A stretch of DNA of 63,199 nt, counting the filler, from Chiloscyllium plagiosum (taxonomy: Eukaryota): the NCBI RefSeq assembly GCF_004010195.1. It is 3 parts of one record of this genome, joined end to end, with 100 filler letters (N's around TTAATTAATTAA, not from the genome) between each part and the next. Parts side by side here need not be neighbours in the genome. Positions count along the whole stretch, not along the records: positions 21,640 to 48,208 come from NC_057712.1; positions 48,309 to 63,199 come from NC_057712.1; 1 more part is not named here. One strand, written 5' to 3'. Within the stretch, counting starts at the first letter, position 1. Each line of letters begins with the position of its first letter. The translations under genes were made by a program, and so were the position numbers. Positions 37,510 through 49,760 of this stretch are shown here, in pieces. The notes below the pieces were generated by a model. That model saw nothing but the letters and a program-made list of their open reading frames with translations, did no database searches and was not told the origin of the DNA.

Positions 37510-39590
37510 TAGATGACATTGGTGGAGGTACAGGTAAATTTCTGTCAGATGTGGAAGAATCCTTTGGGGCCTTGGATGGAGATGAGTGGGGAGTTGTGGG
37601 CAGAGGTTTTTGCACGTCCTGCGGTGGCAGGGGAAGGAATCAGGAGTGTGGTGTGAGCTGGTGAGGGGTATGGATTAGAGTGGTGCTGGAAAAGCACAGC
37701 AGGTCAGGCAGCATCCGAGGAGCAGGAAAATCGACGGTTTGCGCAAAAGCCCTTCATCAGGAATAGAGGCAGGAAGCCTCCAGGGTGGAGAGATAAATGA
37801 GAGGAGGGTGGGGGTGGGGAGAAAGTAGCATAANNNNNNNNNNNNNNNNNNNNNNNNNNNNNNNNNNNNNNNNNNNNNNNNNNNNNNNNNNNNNNNNNNN
37901 NNNNNNNNNNNNNNNNNNNNNNNNNNNNNNNNNNNNNNNNNNNNNNNNNNNNNNNNNNNNNNNNNNNNNNNNNNNNNNNNNNNNNNNNNNNNNNNNNNNN
38001 NNNNNNNNNNNNNNNNNNNNNNNNNNNNNNNNNNNNNNNNNNNNNTCCCCACCCCCACTCACCTATTGTACTCTATGCTACTTTCCCCCCACCCCCACCC
38101 CCCTTTCATTTATCTCCCCACCTGGAGGCTTCCTGCCTCTATTCGTGATGAAGGGCTTTTGCCCCAAAAACGTCAATTTTCCTGCTCCTCAGATGCTGCC
38201 TGACCTGCTGTGTTTTTCCAACACCGCTCTAATCCAGACTCAGGTTTCCAGCATCTGCAATCCTCGTTTTTACCTGGTGAGGGGTATGGATCTGATGAGG
38301 GAGTCATGGAGGGAATGATTTCTCCAGAATGCTGGACCATCTTGGATAACTCCCTCCCTTTCCTGGACCTCTCTATCCCCATCTCTAGCAATCAACTAAC
38401 CACGGACATCTACTACAAGCCCACCGACTCCCACAGCTACCTAGCCTATAACTCTTCCGACCCTACCTCATGGAAAAATGCCATCCTTTATTCCTAATTC
38501 CTCTGCTTCCACCACATCTGTTCCCAGGATGACGAATTCCACCATAGAAATCCCAGATAGTCTCCTTCTTCAAAGATTTCAACTTCTCTTCCCATGTGGT
38601 GAATGATGACCTCCAGCGCATCTCCTCCACTTCCTTGACCACCGCCCTTGAACCCCATCCCTGACAAAGCAACAAAGACAGCCCCCCCTGCTCCTCATCT
38701 TCCACCCCACTAACCTCAGTAAACATTGCATCATCCTCTGCCACTTCCACTACCTACAAACAGACCCCACCACCAGAGATATATTTCCCTCCTGACCCCT
38801 ATCAGCGTTCCGGAGAGACCATTCCCTCTGCGACTCTCTTGTCAGGTCCACATCCCCCCCACCAGCCCACACCCCACTCCTGACACCTTTCGCTACCATT
38901 GCAGGAAGTGCAAAACCTGTGCCCACACCACTCCCCTCACCTCTGTCCAAGGCCCCAAAGGATCCTTCCACATCCAACAGAAATTTACCTGTAACTCCAC
39001 CAATGTCATCTACTGTAACTGTCGCACTCGGTGTGGTCTCCTCTACATCAGGGAGACAGGACACCCACTTGCGGATCGTTTCAGAAAACATCTCTGAGAC
39101 ACCCGCACCAACCAACCCCACCGCCCCATGGCTGAACACGTCAGCTCCCCCTCCCACTCCATCAAGGATAGGCAGGTCCTGGGCTTCCTATATTGCCAAA
39201 CCCTTACCACCGATGCCTGGAGGAAGAACGCCTCATATTCCGCCTTGGGACCCTGCAACCACACGGGATTAATGTGGATTCCACCAGTTTCCTCATTTCC
39301 CTTCCCCCCACATTATCCCAGTCCCAAGCCTCCAACTCAGCACTGCCCTCTTGACATGTCCATCAACTTTCCCATCTATCCGCTCCACCCTCCTCTCTAG
39401 CCTATCACTTTCTCCCTCACCTTCATCTGCTATCTCATTCTCAGCTAGCTTCCTCACTCCCCCCTCCATTTAACTCTCAGCCCCTCGGCCCACAAGCCTC
39501 ATTCCTGATGAAGGGCTTATGCCCAAAACGTCGACTCTCTTGCTCCTCGGATGCTGCCTGACCTGCTGTGCTTTTCCAGCAACACACTCT
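37510..39590 (+). mobile_element. Penelope-like element with 5' inversion (RT C-terminus + GIY-YIG endonuclease + 3' repeat)
   Basis: LPFLDL..TTDIYYKPTDSHSYL; CKTC..FTCNSTNVIYC..CGLLYIRETG..LADRFRKHL. Segment 37510-38330 is an inverted copy of ~38810-39010. Confidence 0.9.
37676..38273. mobile_element. Nested fold-back family A element spanning an N gap
   Basis: 18-bp TSD CTGGTGAGGGGTATGGAT at 37658-37675 and 38274-38291. Inverted arms on either side of the gap. Confidence 0.8.
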
Positions 39591-39591
39591 C

Positions 39592-40135
39592 GACCCTGTA
39601 TACTCCATCACACTCACACATACACTTAAACAATCATGCACACACGCAAACACACACTCTCTCACACATACTCATATGCACACACTCACACTCTCTCTGT
39701 CTCTCTGTCTCTCTGTCTCTCTCTCTCTCATGCATGCGCACACATATATAAGTCTATGGGATGAATTTATATTTGCAGAATTATACTTGAAGATACATTC
39801 TATTTTGCTCAAAAATGCACAAACTGCAGGCAGTCAATGCAAGCAGTCAATCCATGTATCATTTTATAAATTCCTACTTTGGAAATAGAACCAGTCTGAC
39901 TCAAGATTAAGATACAGACAGACTATAACCTCACACCTTTAATGCATTTTCTGAGCTGAGATGTCAGCTTTTCTTAAAATAAAACCTTCAGTTATCTTGA
40001 CAGTGTGATTGAATAGACATTCTGGAATTTACATATTAATGGACCGAAACCTGCAGCCCATTCTAAAAGTGAAAGACTTAACAGCAATCTAGGTTTGTTC
40101 AATATATTGTTTTAGTTGCATGCCACTGTAATCTA
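39592..40135 (+). mobile_element. Family B Penelope 3' UTR fragment with a (CA)/(CT) microsatellite
   Basis: Homologous to 52200-52730 and 2880-3060. Confidence 0.75.
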
Positions 40136-41926
40136 TTTATGTCGAAATTCCACATTTCCAACTATATCTAATAACCTTTGATTTTCTTATCTGACAATAA
40201 TCTATCTGCCTCTGCCTTAAAAATATTTAATGACCCTTTCTAGGCAGAAAGTTTTAAAGTCACATAACCCTTTGACAGAAAAATAATTTTCAACATTTGT
40301 CTCTGAAAAGGGTGATGCTTAACGTTAAAACAGTGCCCTCCTTCCAGACTCACTCACAAGTGGAAATATCCTTTTCAGGTACTCTTTGTCAGATCTTATA
40401 ACCTTCAGGTTTCCCACAGCCTCCTAAATTCTAGTGCAATCAAGTCCATCCTAATAACTCTAACTTCATTCGCCAACCCACTCCAGATATCAATCTAGTA
40501 AACAACAAAACAGAAATTGCTGGAAAAACTCAAACTTCAGGTGCTAAAGAACTGTTCTGAAGAAGAGTCACTGGACTCAAAACATTAACCTGCTTTCTCT
40601 CCACAAATGTTGCCAGATCTGTTGAGATTCTCCAGAAATTTGTTTCAAATTTCCAGCATCTGCAGTTCTTTGCTTTGTACCAACCTAGCAAACCTCCTCA
40701 GAACCACCTTCAAAGTTTTTACATCCTTCTTAAATAAGGGACCAATATGGTCAAAGTCTGTCATAATAAAGAATAATTAATCTTCTTGATTATGTGCCAT
40801 ACCTGTGTATTAACATTTTGATTCATGCACCAGAACATCTAAATCTCTCTACATCTTGGAATTCTACAGCTGTTCTCCATTTGAGTAATACTCTGTTTTT
40901 CCATTCTTTCTGCCAAACGATCAGCATCACATTTTCTCACAGTACATTAATTCTGTCAGGTTTTTGCCCACACCATGATATATACTGTATACATCTGACT
41001 GCAACCTCTTTATGCCTTCTTCACAACATACTTTCCTATCTGAGTGTCACCAACAAACTTAGCTGCTATGTTTGTCCTCCCCTCACCTAAGTCGCTGATA
41101 CAAATCCCAAAACGTTGAGAGCTTGCACAGGACTTTGTAGTACTCCAAGCATTAAAATCAGTAATGCCCACTTGAGCATGACTATTTTCTGCCATCTTCA
41201 ATCCATGCAAATATGTTACCCCACTTTTATTTTATATGTGAACCCTTGATGTGGCACCTTGTCAAATGTTTTCTGGAATTCCAAGCACAGTACATCCACA
41301 GGCTTCCCTTTATCCTACTCCTTCAGAGAACAAACTGGTTAGAGCTAAGACAAACTGGCTAAAACATTTAACAAAGATTGTCTAAGGGTCAATTTCAGGG
41401 AGCTTCCTGGAGGGTTTGTCTCTGTGAGTTTTAACAGGACTCTTCACGGTTTTTATCCTGCTCATTTAATTATGTGTACATCACTAATGAGCCATTATTA
41501 GCCTGTGTTGCAATATTTCAAACCTGACGGGTAGCATGTTGCCCCCGTGGGCCTCTGTAAATCCTGCTCATGATTGTCAGCACCGACGGGTTCACAACCT
41601 TATTACACCTTAATGAGCAATATAAACTAAATTCCAGTCAGTGGAGTAACAGATGGGTTTTACCCATTAGTCCTTTTACATCAAGGCAAAATGTTGGGAT
41701 ATATCTGCGAATACTTGAAATATATTCTTTCAATTCTACCCATTACATCTTACTGAGGCTGAACAGCAGCAGACAGCAAGTGTGGGAGTCCCTTCTGAAT
41801 TTTACAATCCAGTAAGTGACCTCCTCCCTTACAATGGACCTTCCGAAAAATTTAAAAGCTTCCGTCTTCCTTCCTTGTTACAATATGGCCCTCTGAATGA
41901 GCAGTGTCTTTCTGATTTTGCAGTGG

Positions 41927-42115
41927 AGAAAGTGAGGTCTGCAGATGCTGGAGATCAAAGTTGAAACTTTATTGCTGGAACAGCACAGCAGGTCAGGCAG
42001 CATCCAGGGAACAGGAGATTCGACGTTTCGGGCACAGGCCCTTCTTCAGGAATGAGCAGAGAGTGTTCAGCAGGAGAAGATAAAAGGTAGGGAGGAGGGA
42101 CTTGGAGGAAATGTA
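41927..42115 (-). mobile_element. ~190-bp family A Penelope 3'-end insertion carrying the best-preserved hammerhead-like motif
   Basis: 12-bp TSD ATTTTGCAGTGG at 41915-41926 and 42116-42127. Confidence 0.88.
42018..42053 (-). ncRNA. Minimal type I hammerhead ribozyme-like motif
   Basis: AUUC-CUGAAGA-A-GGGC(CUGU)GCCC-GAAAC-GUC-GAAU. Stem I is AUUC/GAAU, stem II is 4 bp, stem III is the palindrome ACGU, and the cleavage triplet is GUC. Confidence 0.72.
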
Positions 42116-42267
42116 ATTTTGCAGTGGGCACAGGGACATGTGGGACAGGTGTCTGATTGTACCCATCCAGGTACAGGTTATTTGTTCTAATGATCTCATC
42201 TTTGAGACTTGGCAGAAACCTCACCAAATCAGAAATCTTGCGCTGGCAATGCTCCAGCAGCAGAGCT

Positions 42268-43958
42268 ATGACCTGATCATTGATTAACCAATGATCCAGG
42301 ACAATGACCTGATCATCGATTAACCAATGACCCAGGGCAATGGCCTGATCATCGATTAACCAATGACCAAGGACAATGACCTGATCATTGATTAACCAAT
42401 GACCAAGGACAATGACCAGATCATTGATTAATCTGTGACCAAGGGCAATGACCTGATCATCGATTAACCAGTGACCAAGGGCAATGACCTGATCATCGAT
42501 TAATCAGTGACCCAGGACAATGATGTGACCAATAATTAATCAATGACCCAGGCAATGACCTGATCATCGATTAACCAATGACCAAGGACAATGACCAGAT
42601 CATTGATTAATCAGTGACCCAGGACAATGATGTGACCAATGATTAATCAATGACCCAGGGCAATGACCTGATCATTGATTAACCAGTGACCCAGGGCAAT
42701 GACATGACCATTAATTAACGAATGATCCAGGGCAATGACCTGATCGTTGATTAACCAGTAACTCAGGACAATGACCCGATCATCGATTAACCAATGACCC
42801 AGGGCAATGACCCAATAATTGATTAACCAATGACCCAGGGCATTGACCCGATCATCGATTAATCAATGACTCAGGACAATGACCCAATCATTGATTAACC
42901 AATGACTCAGAGCAATGACCTGATAATTGATTAACCAATGAGGAGAAAGTGAGGTCTGCAGACGCTGGAGATCAAAGCTGAAACTTTATTGCTGGAACAG
43001 CACAGCAGGTCAGGCAGCATCTAGGGAACAGAAGATTCGACGTTTCGGGCACATGCCCTTCTTCAGGAAGAAGNNNNNNNNNNNNNNNNNNNNNNNNNNN
43101 NNNNNNNNNNNNNNNNNNNNNNNNNNNNNNNNNNNNNNNNNNNNNNNNNNNNNNNNNNNNNNNNNNNNNNNNNNNNNNNNNNNNNNNNNNNNNNNNNNNN
43201 NNNNNNNNNNNNNNNNNNNNNNNNNNNNNNNNNNNNNNNNNNNNNNNNNNNNNNNNNNNNNNNNNNNNNNNNNNNNNNNNNNNNNNNNNNNNNNNNNNNN
43301 NNNNNNNNNNNNNNNNNNNCAATGACCCGATCATTGATTAACCAATGACTCAAGGCAATGACCCGATCACTGATTAGCCAATGACCCAGGGCAATGACCC
43401 GATCATTGATTAACCAATGACTCAAGGCAATGACCCGATCACTGATTAGCCAATGACCCAGGGCAATGACCCGATCATTGATTAACCAATGACTCAAGGC
43501 AATGACCCGATCACTGATTAGCCAATGACCCAGGGCAATGACCCGATCATTGATTAACCAATGACTCAAGGCAATGACCCGATCACTGATTAGCCAATGA
43601 CCCAGGGCAATGACCCGATCATTGATTAACCAATGACTCAAGGCAATGACCCGATCACTGATTAGCCAATGACCCAGGGCAATGACCCGATCATTGATTA
43701 ACCAATGACTCAAGGCAATGACCCGATCACTGATTAGCCAATGACCCAGGGCAATGACCCGATCATTGATTAACCAATGACCCAGGGCAATGACCCGATC
43801 ACTGATTAACCAATGACCTAGGGCAATGATCTGATCATTGATTGACCAATGACCTTAGGCAATGGCCCAATCGCTGATTAGCCAATGACCCAGGAAATGA
43901 CCTGATTATCGATTAACCAATGACTGAGGGCAATGGCGTGATCTTTGATTAACCAGTG
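42268..43958. repeat. 36-bp minisatellite with a 72-bp higher-order dimer, interrupted by a Penelope end (42941-43073) and an N gap
   Basis: Units CAATGACCCGATCATTGATTAACCAATGACTCAAGG and CAATGACCCGATCACTGATTAGCCAATGACCCAGGG alternate in 43320-43750. Confidence 0.97.
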
Positions 43959-44164
43959 AGGGGCATTTTACCCCTCGTGCTGCTAACTTTCATTCATCTG
44001 TAGTGATTAATTTCAAACACTCTAACAGTTTCTCTGAAAAAGCTGTTAAGCCAGGTGTGGTTGCAAAGGCTTACTTCCATTTTGTATCTTTTTTTTAACT
44101 GGCATTGTCACTTTAATATTTACCTGTAGCAAAATACCAAAAATTGAATACAAATTCATTAGAA

Positions 44165-44765
44165 CCATTTTGATTTTGATTTGATTTATTATTGTCAGAT
44201 ATACTGAGATACAGTGAAAAGTGTTGTTTTGCATGTAGTGCAGACAAGTCATACCTTACATAAATACTTCAGGACAATAGAAAAGAATGGAGAATATAGT
44301 GTTACAGCTACAGAGAAGGTGCACAGAAAGATCAACTCAAATATATGAGAGGTCATTCATAAATCTGATAACACAGAGAAGAAGCTGTTCTTAAATCTGT
44401 TAGTCCGAGTTTTCAAATGTTTATATTTTCTGCCCATCGGAGGAGGATGGAAGAGGGTATAACCAAGGTGGGAGGGTCTTTGATGATGTTGGCTACTTTC
44501 TCGAGGCAGCCAGAAGTGTAGACAGAGTCAATGTATGGAAGCCTGGTTTTTGTGATGGACTTGTATGCTTTCACAACTCTCTGTAATTTCTTGCAGTCTT
44601 GGACAGGCGAATTGCCATACCAAGTTATGATGTTTCCAGAGAGGATGCTTTTTGTTGTGAATCTAGAAAAATTGCTGAGAGTCATTGTGGATGTGCTGTA
44701 TTCCCTTAGCCTTCGAAGAAATTAGAGCTCTGGTATATTTTCTTGACCATAGTGTCGATGTGGAT
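44165..44765 (-). mobile_element. Rex1/Babar-type LINE 3' fragment
   Basis: SILSGNIITWYGN..DCKKLQRVV..SIT..LPYIDSVYTSGCL.K.ANIIKDP, with an (ATCAA)n tail. Confidence 0.8.
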
Positions 44766-45306
44766 GGAGCAGAATAGATCATCAGGTTGTATCTGCCCAA
44801 ACCTGACTTTTTGTAGAATATTTAATCGAGGAAAAGAGCATGAAAATGTTCGTCCTATCAATCTTGAATGCATTTGAACTCAGGTCACAGTGCTGAGAGA
44901 ACAGTGTCTTCAACTGATGCACAATTGAACTGTTTTGTCACTCTGGATTGATCATATTTAGTTGTGTTTTGTTGGATGCACTGTTGCCTCCTGATCTCAA
45001 CTTTGACATCATCAACTTCTGAGTTGAAAGCCACACTTTCCTTTCCGTGTACAGTGTCCAATAAGAGGATAAATGGGTTGGCATTTCATTGGAGATTTTT
45101 GTTAAGAGCCCATGATTTAGACTTATTGTTCTCCTCATCTTCTGTTTGGTATTTACGTACCTTCAGTGTAATATTCTCTCCTCCCCCTCTCTTTCCATAT
45201 TCTACTTCCAAGTCCAAATGAGCATTCATATCCATCATTTGCTTTTATGAATGTATAGGTTGCCGCACATGAATTCACCCAGGTATGAATATCAATTGGT
45301 TCTCTC

Positions 45307-45537
45307 TGTTGAGACTATGCAAGGTCAGTCAGCTGGACCTTTTCGGATGTGAGTTCACTGGGGCTGTTAACCTGATCCAATCAGGAAGCCCTGGCTGAAA
45401 GCTATAAACAGGAGTGTCAGAGGTTCTGTTCACTCTGAGAGCTGGCTCTGAGGGAGCTGGATCAGTGTCAAGGATTCTCCATGTGTAAATAAAGGGGGAA
45501 TTGGTAATGGGATACTGGCCTCTCTGGAGCTATTTTA
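45307..45537 (+). mobile_element. Probable solo LTR (~230 bp)
   Basis: TG start, then CCAAT, TATAAA and AATAAA in order, degenerate CA end, and CTCTC direct repeats on both sides. Confidence 0.55.
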
Positions 45538-45619
45538 CTCTCTGTCTTCTCATTTTCCTGTTTCTTCTTTTCCTGATCTTTCCAAAAATTCTGTTTGTCT
45601 CAAAACCTTCAGGAATGTG

Positions 45620-45955
45620 ATTAGATTAGATTCCCTACAGTATGGAAACAGGCCCTTCGGCCCAACAAGGCCACACCGACCAAACCACACTGAAGAGTAA
45701 CCCACCCAGACCCAATCCCCTACTCTCTATTTACCCCTGACTAATGAACCCAACACTACAGGCATTTTGACATGGCCAATTCACCTGACCTGCACTTCTA
45801 TGGATTGCAGGGGAAACCAGAGCACCCTAAGGAAACCCACGCAGACACGGGGAGAACATGCAAACTCCACACAGACAGTCACCCAAGGCCGGAACCGAAC
45901 CCGGATACCTGGTACTGTGAGGCAGCAGTGCTAACCACTGAGCCACTGTGCCACC
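45620..45955 (-). mobile_element. HE1-type SINE
   Basis: Reverse complement of the HE1 head (GCTAACCACTGAGCCACTGTGCC) and (AGATT)n tail. Confidence 0.9.
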
Positions 45956-47811
45956 CACACTGTGAAGAAGGATTTATGCCATAAACATCAGAACTTGCTT
46001 TTCCCTCTTCACATGACTGCCTAAACATTACCAGTGTATTCTATCTGTCATTCAGATTTCCATCATTTGTAGTTTTTGTAAAAAAAAACAATATATTACC
46101 TTCAGCAAGGGGGAGAGTGAGGGGTCACTGAAAGACAACCTGTATTGGGGAATCAGGCACACAGTTGATTTGTACAGATACTGAGGCCAACAGTAGCAAT
46201 TCTCCATCTGCTCCTCTGGATAAGATCTGCTTTCTCAGCACTCTGTGGGAACTCAAGCTGGTTTGTAAATTAATGTTACATCTGTGGTCCCTTTACCATT
46301 GAGGGGGGTCTTTCCTTCAAGGATTGTGACACAGTGATTTGCATTCTGTTGTGTATAGCTCTTAAAATCCAAAAGACATATTTCAAGGTGTATTTTAACA
46401 ATACCTGAAGGATATCTGTTCATAAATGAGTGCTGGCAAAGATATTTGTTTGGGATTTTGCTTTGTTTTAATCTCCTTGTTAAATTGTTATAATCTTGCT
46501 GTTATTGCTTCTCATAGGGACAAACTTCCGTTCCACATCCCTTCAAATGTTTTTTGAATGTTTTGCTTTTCCTCTGCTGTTTATTTTCTCGTTCTACTTC
46601 CCACTTAATCTTCCCTGGAGCTTTCCTCATAAGTCAGAATTCGCTCTCCTAACGTCATGCATCTTTATGCTATTATTTTTGGCTCCAGTCTCTAATACAG
46701 TATGAAATGTAACTACACAATGATGGCTACAGCCCCAAAGTTCACTGACTACTAATCAGTTCTCAGGAATTATGAAGCGCTAAATCTAATATAGAATCAA
46801 GCTCAGGAAGAATTTCACCATTATGGCAAAGGTTTAATAGACCATACAGAGAATAATTAGCAAGTGTTGCACTGAGATGTTACTAATGGCACTTATTATA
46901 GATCAGGGATACAAGTTTGCTAGTACTGCCTGAGATCTGGATCTGATCCGAGTATATACTTTGCATGTATACAGCAGAGGAGGTAGGCTGATTTATACCA
47001 GGAAGATATAAAGCATGATAGCTTTTGTTGGCAGAATCCTGCCTTCTTGTCTCTTGAGCTTGTCCTGTAGGGCAAGGTGGTGATGATTCTGGCAAGATTC
47101 CAACCAATGGAATGAAGTAAAAGGAATTAAATTGAAGTGAGATCACCATATCAGTCAGATATTAAAGGCTTGGATCCATCACATTTTTCCTTTTTGATGT
47201 ACACCTCCTGAGAATTGACTGAACTGAATGTCAGGTCTCTTTTATAGTGATGCATCACAGGTCTCAGACTGTCATTTTTCATTGATTCAAAGAAAGACCA
47301 GGATTTTCGACAAAAGTTGTAAACAGATAAAGTAATTCCTTTAAAGAAACGATTTCTCCACACCACCTGCTTAATCATGGAGTGAAGCAAATTTCCCACT
47401 TTTTGGAGGCACAAATTGATCTCTTCTTTTGATGCTGTCAAATGTCACATAAATTTATTTTGGGACAGCGGCTTGGAATTTGTACAAGTGCAACCAGTGT
47501 GTAATCCCATTCCATTTTACATTAATTGCTTATCCTCTGTGGACCTTGTAAAAGTAAAATCCTTTCTGATGGTGCTGATCAGTGAAGGCTGAACTCAGAA
47601 CTGAAGGCACAGGCCCTCATAATTATTTAGGTTCCCATGCTATTATCATTATTAAGATTTCAGTACTAGTCAGGATTACAGCCACGACTATTAAAGATGT
47701 TAAAATCATTTGGTTGATAAAGTGGCACATAACAGACTTTTCAGCAAAGTTAAAGCCTATGAAATAACAGGGGGAATGGCAGCATGGATTCAGACTTGGC
47801 TGACAGAAAAC

Positions 47812-48208
47812 AAAGCTGAAAATGTGTTTCTGGAAAAGCGCAGCAGGTCAGGCAGCATCCAAGGAGCAGGAGAATCGATGTTTCGGGCATGAGCCCTTCT
47901 TCAGGAATGTGCCAAGCAGGCAAAGATAAAAGGTAGGGAGGACGGACTATGACGACCCCTTCTCCTGCCTCCAACACACCCCATCCACCTGGACACCCCG
48001 TGCTGGCCTCTTACCTGCCCTCGATCTCTTCATAGCCAACTGCTGCCGCGACATTAACTGCCTCAACCTCTCCACCCCTCTCACCCACTCCAACCTCTCA
48101 CCCTCGGAATGTGCAGCCCTCCACTCCCTCCGTAACAACCCCAACCTCACTATCAAACCGGCAGACAAGGGAGGTGCGGTAGTAATTTGGCGCACCGACC
48201 TTTACACC
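47812..48208. mobile_element. Penelope element: inverted family A end (47812-47947) plus the start of the RT (47950-48208, + strand)
   Basis: SNLSPSECAALHSLRNNPNLTIKPADKGGAVV is a typical Penelope RT N-terminal motif. Runs into the gap. Confidence 0.88.
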
Positions 48209-48308
48209 NNNNNNNNNNNNNNNNNNNNNNNNNNNNNNNNNNNNNNNNNNNNTTAATTAATTAANNNNNNNNNNNNNNNNNNNNNNNNNNNNNNNNNNNN
48301 NNNNNNNN
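48209..48308. other. Artificial 100-bp scaffold spacer (44 N + TTAATTAATTAA + 44 N)
   Basis: Same structure as 21540-21639. Confidence 0.95.
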
Positions 48309-48520
48309 CTCTGCCCACCTCCCTGTCTTTTCGATAAGTTGTAAATCCTTGGATGTTTAACTGCCAGTCCTGACCCCCCTGTAACCACGTCTCTGTGATG
48401 CCTACCACATCATAATCATTCACGATGATCTGTGCCATTAGTTCATCTGCTTTGTTACGAATACTACGAGCATTCAGGTAAAGTGCCTTAATGCTAACTT
48501 TCTTATCATTAGAGATATTG
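48309..48520 (-). mobile_element. CR1 ORF2 AP-endonuclease N-terminus
   Basis: ALYLNARSIRNKADEL..YDVVGITETWL..YRKDR. Confidence 0.9.
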
Positions 48521-48664
48521 GAATGTAGTTGTTCAAGATGATGGGCATTATCCTGGATGACATTGACTGGTCTAAAATATTAATTGTCATCTTAAGTGAT
48601 GCCCAAAGATTTGATCAAAATTAAAAAGTATAATCAACTCCTTTCGGAAAATAAAGACCATCAG

Positions 48665-49760
48665 CTTGTATTTTGTAGAATTTCCTATGGAGAAAACATC
48701 TCAAAGCAATTCAAAGGGGAGTCATCAAGTAAAATTTCGCAATGAGCCAGGTGACCAAGTACCAAGTACAGATGACCAAAAGCTTATTGAAAAAGGTAGC
48801 TTTGAGGAGAACCTTAAAGGTAGAAAGAAGTGCAAAGAGGCAAGGCGGGTTGGAGAGGGAACTCCAGAACTTAGTGAAGACAGGTCTGAAAATAGTTAAG
48901 CCATTAAAATCAAAGAACTGGTGGAACACATCTCACCAAAACTTTGCAGGGTATGAGAAAATTTAAAGTTAAGTGAGGCAGGAGCCATGGAGGGATTTGA
49001 AAACAAGGAGGAGAATTTTAAACTTGAGACACACCTTAATTCAGTTACCAATAACTGGTCACTGAGTACAGGAATGATGGTTAAAAGGACTTGTTGAGAG
49101 TTAAGACCCAGGAGGTGGAATCTTGGATTGCCTCATTTATGGGGAGGGGTTTTTGAATCTGGTGGGCCTGGCATGCATTGAAACAGTCAAGTCTAGAGGT
49201 ACAAAATGAATAGATAAGGACTTCAGTAGATGATGAGTTGAGGGAAGAGTAAAGCCAGGTGATGTTAGAGATGGTGTGGTGGACATGTGATTGGAAGTTG
49301 TTTTCAGATCAGCTCCGACACTTGACAAGGAGGGATGGCCAGTGAGTAGAGAACAACTTGAGGGATGGGAAAAATGGCTTTGGTTATCTCAATATTTAGT
49401 TATAGGAAAATTCTTTCATCCTCAACCCAAAGTCAAAAGAGCAACCTGCCAATTTGAAGTCCATGATGGTGTCTAGATTAGAGTTAGTGATTAAGTATAT
49501 CTGTGTGTCATCAGTCTACATGTGAAAACTGACATTTTCAGATGCTGCTGCTTTGGACATATAGATGAGAAATAGAGAGACAGATCCTTTAGTGCATTAC
49601 AACAAATACCACTGGAATGAAAAGAGATTGTAGATGGTTCTCTGACTGGATGGATAAAAATGAAACCTGGCTAATGAAGTTGAGTGACAATGGAGAGGTG
49701 TTGGAGGAGGTTTTATGGTCAATAATAGAAAATGAAGAAGTCAGGATGAGAAGGAAAAAA
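48665..49760 (-). mobile_element. Highly degraded L2-like LINE
   Basis: GCCATGGAGGGATTTGAAAACAAGGA.GAGAATTTTAAA and GTGTCATCAG..TACATGTG (YxDDT-like region). Recognised by eye. Confidence 0.55.

Noticed and set aside
43063..43713. 216-aa repetitive ORF (SHWLINDRVIAL)n
   Set aside because: By-product of a 36-bp tandem repeat running into Ns. There is no splice or start context, and it is broken in the diverged part of the array.
42268..43958. CRISPR-like appearance of 36-bp partially palindromic repeats
   Set aside because: The units are contiguous with no unique spacers, there are no cas genes, and the context is vertebrate.
46099..46404. Possible WDR35 last exon (LCHNP* and FWI fragments)
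   Set aside because: The motifs lie in different frames and lack the CxxC pairs. No real match.
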